64,000 nt of DNA. It comes from Haliotis cracherodii (taxonomy: Eukaryota). The notes beneath the pieces were generated by a model, which saw nothing but the letters and a program-made list of their open reading frames with translations, made no database searches and had not been told where the DNA came from. Positions 37,968 to 48,866 of the stretch are shown here, piece by piece. Where the stretch lies: contig NW_027266273.1 of NCBI RefSeq assembly GCF_022045235.1, positions 25,978,001-26,042,000 of the forward strand, given 5' to 3'. Positions within the stretch are counted from its first letter, which is position 1. Each line of letters starts with the position of its first letter. The translations under genes were made by a program, and so were the position numbers.

Positions 37968-40900
37968 TTAATTGTCAGGCACATGTATTCTGTCATATAT
38001 CCTGTCAATAGGCCTCCTGTCATACTGTGGCAGCGTGGTGGTGTCATAATTGTTTTCTTCCTGGGGTCCAGATGCTGCGTTAGATGCAGACAGATGGCTG
38101 TACACGGCCGTGCTGTCTGACGGGACAACTTTACCTCCATTGCCCACTGCTCGACACAGAATGTCATATTCACCATCCTGCCTTTCACTCATGCCACTGT
38201 TTCCACCGTCAGCTTCTGTAGGACATACCAGCTGCACATCTGCCAGTTGCGGTTCTTCTACTTTAGCAGGATCCGAGTGCTGTCTGTGATACATAGCACT
38301 CTCAGTTCTCACTGCGTACTTGATTGGTTTCTTGTTGCTGAATACAGAAACAAACCTTCTCTTATAATATACAGAGCTGGGTAGATAGAGAGAATAGGAA
38401 TGACCTGATGGGGTGAGGATTTTGGGTGCATGAGATTTTTCAGATCGATACTCGCTGTTTTTAACATAAGTAATATGTCATTTGATTTGATTAATAAAGA
38501 AATCTCACCGTTTGATGATAAAACAGCCTGAGATTATGACCACAGCAGCAAGAGCCACTATCACACATACCACAGAAGCGATGATTGGAACTGAGAACAC
38601 AAATAAACATGCATGGTTATGTTCATGTGAAACTATTATTAAGCGTCAACCAACGTCTTTATGTAAAACAAGAATATGACTATATGAATAAATTTGCAAC
38701 ACCATATTTACTATTTTATTATTAAGTAATTTCATAGAAATGTAATATAGCATGAAATGTTTGTTCATAATCATTGATTAAATACTGTTGTCAGTAATTC
38801 ACACTACCTAAACTGTGATTACACGATGATAAAGCGCGCAATGTACCATTACACAGTTTTACAGTCATGTGGATTACCTTTTGTGTTTGATCCCAGGGTT
38901 GTGGTTTGAATCTGTGGTGTTGATGTAGTAGATCCTGTGTGAATACAACGTTCAAGTACAACTATATATACTGCCACCCATGTGCGTTACTATAGAAACA
39001 TGAACAAGGTCATGATACATGAAAGAGATTCAAGATTTATGGACATCAACTCTCAAATCTCTAAATAAGAGGTTCCTAGGCTACTTCTTGCGCCTTCATG
39101 AGGGGAAAGTGTGAGTAAGAGATTGGTTTAACGTCGCGTTGAACAGTAGTCCATTTATATCACGGTGTATAAGCTTCATGTCGGACGAAAGCCAGAAGCG
39201 ATGCAGGTCTAAGACCTTCACCATTTCGGTGTAACCCACGAGCGCATGTATGATGCTCACAAACATAGAAACATAATCGAGGCGAAACGAGATTCGAACC
39301 TACGATCATAGGTTTCTGGCGTGCCCAAGGGACGCAACTCTGCAGAGCGAATTGCGGCGCCTTAGACTAGGCCACCCGTGCCCCCACTAGGAGTGTGAAG
39401 GGCAAGAATATACCATCGATAGTTGTGTTTAAAGAATAAAAAAGGGGAAATATCTTTATCGTATGTCTCTATAGCTGTCCACGGCCGTGCAGCAACAAAT
39501 AGGTAGACTTGTACTTGTCAAGGATAAAATAGGTAAATGGTAATCCATGTTTACAAAAATATATTACTGATATATTCTTACATGCCTTGGAATAATTTAG
39601 CATTTACCCGACTGAAATACCGTTTCGCGAACATTGAGGCGTTATTGTGTATATAAATACAAAACACATATCGCTAAGTAATATTTGTTTCTGCCTATCA
39701 ATGTACATTTTACATAAAAGACATAACACCGGTTGGATATGGAGGAACTACAATTGTATACATGATATGTACCTTGCGTGGAAGCATCCGTGGTTTTATT
39801 TCGACAAGGTACGTACCAATCAGAACCTGTCAATGTAAGATACAAATTATGCAGAAAGCGCGAAAATCTGTTTTAAATACACATATCTTATTTCTCATAA
39901 ATAGTACCATAAACTTACATCAGAAGTGTTACCCATTTTACATAAGTAACTAGTCAAGTCGAGCTGTGTAACGTAACGCCAGCCGAAAAACATGTCAAGA
40001 TATCAATGTGTTAACCGTGCCTTTTGTCTCATCTTTCACATTTGACAAGATGCATATATCACTGATCGTGTCCAACCCTCTTAAACATGAGAGTTGATGA
40101 CAAGGTTATCCTCATCATATTTGAGCTTGGAGTATATTTATGCGAACACTTTGAGTCCATGGCAGACTGTTTACACAGAAGGGCACACCAATCGACTCAC
40201 TGCCATACGCCCTTGCCTGTATACTAGTATTTATGATGCCAATAGATACACTCTGGCATAGATACTTACTGGTACTTGTGTTCCATGTGCAGACATAATA
40301 GTTGGAGTCACTACAGTTGGCGACCTGGAATGACTCATTGAAAGCTGTCTGGCAGGTACCTGTTAGGTAAAGAATATTTTTCAGTGGATGTTCCTCCATT
40401 ATATATGTTTATAACAATTGGATGTTTTCAACAATAATTAATCATTGTCAGTTGAATGCCAATCAGTTTCGCGATTCTGTCTGTGTGGCAATCGAAATTG
40501 TAAAACTGTAGCTCATGTCACAAACTTGATGTGAGGGAGAGTAAGGTTCAGTAAAAGTAGTGACGGGTGATCAAGGTTCACAACATTACCATTTTTGTTT
40601 ATCCATATCTTGGTATGTTCAGCCTTAGCCTTCTTCAACACATTGCTGCCGATGGATGTAATTAAATCTTTTAAAGAGAATATCTCGGCGCCCTTGTTGA
40701 TGCAGTCTGTCGCCGCTGCCGACCAATTGAGAGCAGCACAGGAAGATTCAAACGTTAAGTTGTCTGAGGAAAAACAATTATGTAATTAGTTTGACATAAT
40801 TGCAGCTTAAAAAGTAGTTCATTGTTAACAAAATCTTAACAAATATAAACAAAAGTTACAAACAATATTTGTTGTCAATACAATTCTTTATCATGCATTT

Positions 40901-42525
40901 GGATATGATTATATACAAAATAAACTTCAACAGAAACTATGCTAAAAATCTACAAAACCGCTGTTAGAAGTGAAAGAATACACGCTGATCAAGTCACTAA
41001 AATAGCGTATTGCAAAACGAACAGTCTCGATTTACGAGTGAAATGAAAAAATACAGTTTATAAAGAAACATTTTCAAGAGAATGACAATAATAACAAAAG
41101 TTAAATATCACATTTGTGCGGTGAAATATAAAGTCCTATGTTCACTGCAATGAAAATATCGCTTTTCTGAACTTGAGAAAACACAGTCTTTCACACTGAA
41201 GTATATGATAAATATATTACACAAAGATTAGAATATGTGATAACAAAATCATATCAAAGGCTTAGTTAGATCCGCAATTCTTTGTGCATGATATATATTT
41301 TACAGGTGGTGTACGGTGTAATGTCCAGATGCAATATGCTCTCTAATAACTTTACAATAGGACAATAACACAATTTTTCACAACAGATAGTGAAAGTATT
41401 ACCCTTGTTGTAATTTGGACTTGTCGTCGTGTATTTTGTAGTCTTTGTTGAAGATCCTGTAATGTGAAATCGATTGTGCCTGTAACTACAATATATCACA
41501 CATATATATCATATATATATACATTTTAATTTGAAGCTTACATGATATACGGCTTTTCCATTAGATGAGAGGTCACGGGATCACCAAGGATCATATTCAA
41601 AACTATGTAATATCCTATATTGAAAAGTATGTGTTTATAAGAAGCAATGGATTCTGATTTGGATAAGGAATGCAAATCTGCACAGCGAGTTGTGACTCCA
41701 CTTGACCCCAAGTACATCATTATAGTGTAGCAGGGCGTGGAGTCATCCCACAGATGACATCCTTACCTTGTCAGCTTGCTGACGGGGTTAACCTCTTTGA
41801 TCATGTGGACAAGGCGTCCGACCTCTGATCAGAAGGTCCGTGGTTCGAATCCCATCACGGGACTCGGAAATTTTATGGCCGCTACAATAGCATGGGATCT
41901 TTTTAGTTACGTGAAATACATATTTTACCCTCATGATTAGAATATGTTTTGTTAAGTCATACCCATGGCTCAGTTAGTTTATTCACAGTTTCAGAGACTC
42001 ATACACTTTTCATTGCTATTTTGCCGTTCACGCACAATAGAATCTGTTTCGTCAGATAATCGAGACTGGTTATTCTCTGGCGTTGATGTTTTATATAATT
42101 AAGGGTCAACACACTTTTAAACTAACATGAGTAGCCATGCCTATAAATTGTAGAAAATGGCACTCGAATATGCGATAATTATTCTGATATATCGTGTTTG
42201 ACAGAACAATATATGTATACACACTGTCAGGCTCAATAATCATTTTCTTAGAACAGAGTGAATTATCGAAATCGAATGTAACTCCAATACAAATAATCCA
42301 CATCAAAGTACAAAATCTAAGTAGGAAACCTAATAAATACACCTGCACCCGCACCTCTACAAGTGCTCATTCATACACAAGACGGGACAACCCACAATAT
42401 GAAAACTGTTTCTCACCTGTGATAGTATTGCTGGTAGTACTGTGTGTGTGGCTCGGGTTCATCAGTATCAATACCATTAACACAAAGCTACCAGGTTTTA
42501 CAGGGGAGACGAACACAGAAGCCAT
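37968..42525 (-). CDS. Gene D1: type I CTLD receptor with a long multi-tyrosine tail, ~329 aa
   Basis: Exons 42525-42417 (MASVFVSPVKPGSFVLMVLILM..); 41456-41403 (T-rich); 40763-40590 (..LNWSAAATDCINKGAEIFSL..KIWIN); 40359-40270 (GTCQ..ANCSDSNYYVC); 39826-39773 (SDWYVPCRNKTT..); 38934-38878 (T-rich); 38590-38509 (TM VPIIASVVCVIVALAAVVIISGCFIIKR); 38337-37968 (tail with YDIL, YSHL, YDRI). 990 nt in frame; AATAAA on the minus strand at 37756-37761. Confidence 0.88.
39110..39386 (-). mobile_element. SINE family 2 copy
   Basis: Similarity to the 18800 copy. Confidence 0.85.
41726..41886 (+). mobile_element. 161-bp solo-LTR-like insertion with an internal tRNA-like cassette
   Basis: ATAG|TGTAGC...GCTACA|ATAG (TG..CA ends, 4-bp TSD). 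The empty ATAG site is present in the duplicate (~54159-54162). Internal B box GGTTCGAATCCC. Confidence 0.8.
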
Positions 42526-44355
42526 CCTTCATACGCGACGCTGTGTAAATACTGACACTCCACATTCACGTGTACCGTACAGATATTGTGACTCAGTTTC
42601 CTGCTTCGTTGCTAATACCAGTTCATGACTGGCTATGACAATAAACATTCCAGCTGATAGGGCAGGCTAGCTTAGAACAAGTGAAGAAAGGTCCCTTAGC
42701 TTAGAAAAGTCCCTTATCTATGAGGAAACAACATGTTCTCTTGTATTTGATAGCAAGCAGATAATTTATTCGAGGTAAATGTTGCAGTGTCAACTGTATA
42801 CATGTGTTCACATAATTTCATAGTATTATTGTTATACTAAACACATCATTAATATGTCAATATTTATGGTTGGATGATGTGTGCATACATTTGTCCGAAA
42901 ACATAAACGGATAATGCATTAATGCAATATTATACAACGCAGCTTAACATTCCGCACCAGTCACCTCAGAGTGAAGTTGTTTACTTTTATCGCTATTTTG
43001 TGTTTACGCCCAATGGCAAGCCATTCTGTTCTGCCTGTCGAGAATAGTTATTCTCTGGCGTTGATTATTTCCTATATATACATGAATGTGTATATGTCAT
43101 GATAAAACAGACTGGAATACGTTGAGGTTTGCTCTTTAAATAAATGAAATAAGAAAAATATCAAAATAATACATGCTAATGTTCACCATGTATTGGTTCT
43201 CAAACATGCCCTGACGCTCTCCTGTCTTGTCGGTTTGTTGGTAACTTGTCATCCATATGTGTCCCTATCAAGTTGCGATCTTTCCCAACTTAGTAACGTG
43301 GATTCATAACTGATTTCATTACAGATCGAGAGATATTTTTAAACCAAAATATCCCCTGCTTAGTGAACAATACTGACTAATGTATGCAGAAGGGTGACAA
43401 GAGTTACCTCCCCCTGGATCAGTAATCGGTGTGTTTATTATTACCATACAAATTGTGTCATATTTCACTGGATAAACTTCACGATTAAATGTTAGTCGAT
43501 CGTCGTTGAAAATACAGAAATGATAATGTCTTCTGGTTAATGTGTAACTCGAAGAGAATGCTAAGGCTCATATCCCACTCGCCATTTCACGGAAGTATCG
43601 TATTGTACCGAGGCACCCGTATACCGGCTTGACTGACCTGGTTCAGGGACAGTTCACTGAAAACGGGAGTGTGTATTGACGCATGAGCATCACCCCAGCT
43701 CTATAACACCGTTAGATGACATGTCACATCGTATGATCGCCACTTATTCCAACACAAATAGTTCAGTTCCCTCAATCAGCTTATAATTAGTGAAGGTCTT
43801 GATCAATTACCAATGTGAAGCCTAACTGACATAGACTATGGGTGGTTTTAGTCAATTAAATTCGAGGTCTAGTTGATAGTACATAAGTCCATAAGGTCGG
43901 TTGTTCGATGCCCTGGCTGAGTCCTACCGGGGGAGTTAAAAGTAGTTGTTATGGTAGCCTGGCGCTCTGCTTTGAGGTAGAAAACAAGGACTGGTCGACT
44001 CGTAATCTGTCGTGGTTGGGCATTCATGATATACTGCAGCATACCATCTCAGTGCAACCACAGACCAATCACCACCGACAGACAGCTGTCTAATCCGTAT
44101 CAAATCAAATTAATACACATTGCATTACTACATACGGAGAACGGAAGTTGTGCCACAGTATGTTTCAATATTTTACCTCTCTAACAAGAACATAAGGCTG
44201 AGGTGGATGAGTTACTTCCCTTAGGCGTGTAAGGATCGTATGGTGGGATATCCATACCCATAAAAACGCGACATAAGATGGTGGGAGTGGACGTGTTTGT
44301 GAATCGCTCTCACTGGAAGTGTTTCCTGGTCGAGATTTCAACCGTACACTGAGCA

Positions 44356-45898
44356 TTGCAAAACATCGACAAGAGAAATACAATCTGTCACAAAATGAGT
44401 GACAAAAAGATAAGAAAAGGACTTCGTCAAAATGACTCTTGTGATTCGAATATAGGGACATTCCTAAGAGTGCCACGTCGATACACAAAGGGAAGCTTAG
44501 TGCGTGAGTCTTTATATACTTTGTTCACACCTAACCCCCTGTACCAGAATATGACGTATACTGTTGAAGGACGATACAAACAATACATTCGTCTGCAGGC
44601 ACAGCAACTTAAACAGGATGCAACAGCATAGATAAGGGTAGAAAAGGACGAAAGTGACATCAAAGTCAACATTGCATATCTGGAACTGAAAGTCAATGCA
44701 ATAGATGAAAGATCGCTTTACTGCACTTAAAGCCAATGCTATCTATATCAGTGATAGTCCTGACGAGTGGGAAAATGACCAGAAAACAATAGAAGCGGAC
44801 GTACAATCCCTCAAACAACAAATGGGTGAATTGAAAAGCATTGACGAAGAAGATTTGGAACTGAGAGAGTCACTTATCGACCAAATAGCTCGCTCTATGA
44901 GAGACACAGTGTTACATTTACAAACATCAAAGAGCTAAGTGGAGTCGACGCGGATGGTGGAACTTGGGAAGAAACTGAAAATGTGCTCAGAAGGTCATTC
45001 AGGATGAACTTTAATTTGAAAGTGATAAAAGGCACTTTAAACGTAAATCGGGAAGAAAAACCAACCACCCCGTCGGGGTGAAGATCCGCGACCCCGCCCT
45101 GGCATCGCCACGTTTATGTTCACCCGTTAGAGGGACGCTGTCACATGTTGTGGGAAAGAGTTAAAAGGGAAACCATTCCATATTGTAGAACAGTTCCTAG
45201 AAGAGATAGTCGCCTGCAGGAGAGACGTCCTGATGCGTCCTGAAGGTCGGAAAGGCTAGGCGTTGGGGGGAAATGTCAACTCGGTTGTTGACAAACTTTT
45301 CATAAATAATGCTCTTCAAACAGCTGATATACCGCCCCCTCTCAGACCGACAACCAAAACGAGGCCATCAAAGGAAAGTACGGGTGGACAAGCGCGGGAA
45401 CAGCATGGTGTTGTAACACGAGATATCTGATTTAGTTAACATGGTCAGTGAGATACAACTACAAGTTTGAGCTACCGACAATAAACCGGATGTGTTTGAA
45501 TGTGCGGGTATTGTAATTGACGCTGTCGGAAGCCCACGTGTTTGTGTTTGGTCAGACCGTGCAAGCATAAGCAGACACAGTGTCCGAAATACAAATGCCT
45601 GCCCGTGGCCGGTAACTTTTCTGTCGGGCTGCCGGAAATTTTCGTCCTCCTGCCCGACTACCTGGCAGATACTTTTAAGACTTACGTATTCAGTTTTATC
45701 ATAACTCCCTGTTGACTCCCAAGTAATTGTTTGCATTATTTCAACTGAATCAAGATGCGATTTGCCCGGTAAAAAAAACCGAAATTTTTCACTAGTTATA
45801 ATATCTGAATGTGCGCAAGTAACTTTGAAGATGGGCAGGCCACATACCTGGGTCACCTGCCTGACTGTGGTACTGGATTTTAATATTTTTTCAAACAC
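44356..45898. pseudogene. Decayed retroelement-like coding remnants (coiled-coil ORF pieces on +, pol-like piece on -)
   Basis: Broken ORFs 44356-44938 (+; heptad-rich, with a stop and a frameshift) and 45368-45898 (-; ITIPAHSN..GLLSVA, loosely like the Gypsy post-protease region). Duplicated at 56616-58152. Identity uncertain. Confidence 0.3.
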
Positions 45899-47411
45899 TG
45901 AGCAGACAACGGAGAGTAGAAGAGTTGTGTATGCTGGATATAATAATGATATTCAGATGACTGCTCAGCAAATTGGAGAGGATATTTTAAGTACTAAGAT
46001 TTATACATTCTGAACTTATCTTCAGTAGTTTGTGAGGGATTAACAACTGACCACAGAGATATGAACACGTGTCACGTTGATATTAGGACTAAGTTATTAT
46101 AATCATGCATCCCTGAAATGAGTGTGTGTGATATGTTATCTCAATTTGATAAAATACGTTTTGCAAGACTGAGTTTTCCGATGCTAATAAGATCCATCTA
46201 CTTATGAAAATTCATGTGAAACATCAACTCATGATAACCCACTGTGCATGCTTAGTTTAGATGTTGGTGGTCTTAGAAGGCGCTCACAGTATCCTGATTT
46301 GCCAGACCATATATGGGTAGTGTGGTCAGGTCAAAAGTTAGTTTTGCTAGTAAATAATTATTGTGCGATATTGATCTTACTTACTCACCCCTGTTGTTAC
46401 CGAGCTGGACGTGTGGCTAGGGGATTATACTATATACCCCCTTTTCTAGTAATTCGTGAATTACCAATCTCACCGGGATTGCATTGTTTTAGGTCAAACA
46501 CCTTTCTATAGTTGTGAGTCAAGTTACTCTTTAGGTGAAGTACGTGTTGAATGTTGTGAGTCTAGATACTCTGTAGGTCCAGTTCCTGTATATTCAAGAA
46601 GTCCAGGATGTCCTTGCTCAGCCCAAACGACTTTAGACTGAGATTTTAATCAAGCATGTTCGTCTGATCTTAATTTTCCAAGAGGCATATTTTAGGGACA
46701 GGCTCTCCGTTACCATTTCACCCTTCCTTACCAAGACGAGATTACTCACTCCTTACTTAACGAGTAGGAGTAGCTGACTCTACCTACAGTGTGTAGCAGC
46801 TCATTAAGTAGTAGGTGAAGCCAGGCAGTCACACTGGTCACACCTAACTGATCTGTGTCATTATTGGGTCGTCTGACAAATGGGATGTCTGACAAGTGAA
46901 CCGATATTTGAGTTAATTTACTCCCAGGTGTTAATTGGATACAGCCGGTTTAATTGGCCGTCTATGCGGCTTTCTGGTCAGAGTGTTTGGTAATAGCTGT
47001 TACACAGTTGCTCAGCTACTCAGCTTGTATAGTTGCTCATGACTTAGATTAATTAGTGATCTTGGTCAGTGTCATTTGGGTCTTGAGCCTTTAGGTTTCA
47101 CTACCTGTTTTCGTGTACACATTTTGAAACTGATCGTCAGCGCTATCCTAAAAAGTACTATTATGTCAACCCTAAATATCATAAACTTCAAAAACTGTTT
47201 CTGCTCCTAAAGTCTCAGTGTTAAGAAACCTCGGCGGATTTGTCTCCTGTGTAGTTAAATGGTGTATAATATCATACGCATACTCATGCGAGTGTCCTCT
47301 GTTAATCAGATGACTTTCTTGCATTTACGTCCTTGTACCACTGTAAGTGGTTAGTTATGGAATAAACTATGTCGATGTCGATGTCGATGTCAATGCCTAT
47401 GTCTCTCTTTA

Positions 47412-47677
47412 GATGGTCCAGTCGTCAAAAGTGCCGCAATTTGCTGTGCAGAGTCGCGCCCCGTGGGAACGCCAGAAACTTATGATTGTGGTTTCGAATC
47501 CCGTTTCGCCCCGATTATGCTTTTAGGTTTGTCAACACCATACCCGTGCTCGTGGGTTTCACCGAAGTGGTAAAGGCCTGAGACCTGCATCACTTCGGGC
47601 TTTCCTCCCACATTAAGCTGCGATATAACTGGAATACTGTTAAAAGCGGCGTTAAACTCAGCTCACTCACTCACTCT
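47412..47677 (+). mobile_element. SINE family 2 copy (duplicate at ~59666-59930)
   Basis: GGTCCAGTCGTC..GTTTCGAATCCC..AAAAGCGGCGTTAAACTCAGCTCACTCACTC. Confidence 0.85.
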
Positions 47678-48563
47678 TTAGATACCTTTAGCTGATAAGA
47701 ATAAGACATTTACCACGTTCTCTATTATTGCTTTATTCTTATAGTGACACCCTGGTCTCAGGAGCACAGCTAAGTGACAATAATTTAGTGAGTAGAAACC
47801 CCAGGCCCATTGTTCACAATATTCTATGTTTGTATAGATGTATTATGAATTAACATGTCGAATACCCACACAAACAGGGTTAAACAAAGCTAACGAATTG
47901 ATTGCGAGAACAACAGTCACGTGTATTTGATAACCTAAACTCAGTCACAGTATTTGAATTAACGTCATTCGGAGCACAGTTTCGTTCCTTCGAACTGGCG
48001 AAAGAAAAACATTTCCCTGTATGACAACATGTTCTAATTAAATAACCTTTGAATCTCCACAGATATCGAACAAAGTTGAACATTAAACTGAAACAGGAAA
48101 TAATGACTAACAGTTTGGCCGGAATACATGACTACTAAATTACGTTTCGTTTTATATTTTAGATAACTCAACAATCAAATATTCATTTATTTTGTGTTAA
48201 TGTTACTTTCATCACTTGTGGAATTTACATGTTCTCATATATAGTCCTCAGTCATAGATACTGAGGACTGAGAAATAATTACAAAACAAATCACAACTAC
48301 TTTAAACTTAATATTTTATTGAATAGCGTTCAGAGCAAGATATTAAAGAAAAAAAAAGGATATGTAAACCTATAGAAACGTATCATGCATGTGTGTACCG
48401 GTGGAAAAGAATGAACACGGCTAGATCAAAGATTATCCGAAGAACAGTAGACACGAACTGTGCAGATCCTGCAATTGCATCCTAAGCTTGTGTGGGTATT
48501 GGCGATGGTCTCTGCAGAATTCATACCTTACAGTTCTGATTAGCAGTTTTAGGATTAGTGTAA

Positions 48564-48834
48564 TTAATCATTCTGTTCCGACTGGTTTGCTGGTGCCCTT
48601 TCGTTGTTTTCAGGTTCATTAAGTGCAGCATAATTGTTCATTTCTGAAGCATCTCGAGCGTGTAGGTGAGAGTAATAATCCACCTCCGGTCGTCCTTCAC
48701 TTGCGACATTCACCTGATTTCCTGATGACCCTATTTTCCTCCTGAAAATATAGTCAGTCCATCAATGGTCAAATGGATTTTCAATTGATGACGACAGACT
48801 AGATAGCGCGTGCGTTTATGTGTTATTGTGTGAG

Positions 48835-48866
<32 letters not shown>

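Noticed and set aside
42194-42628. 144-aa plus-strand ORF with a hydrophobic stretch (and its copy 54466-54900)
   Set aside because: Antisense shadow of the D1/D2 signal-peptide exon; its conservation reflects the recent duplication.
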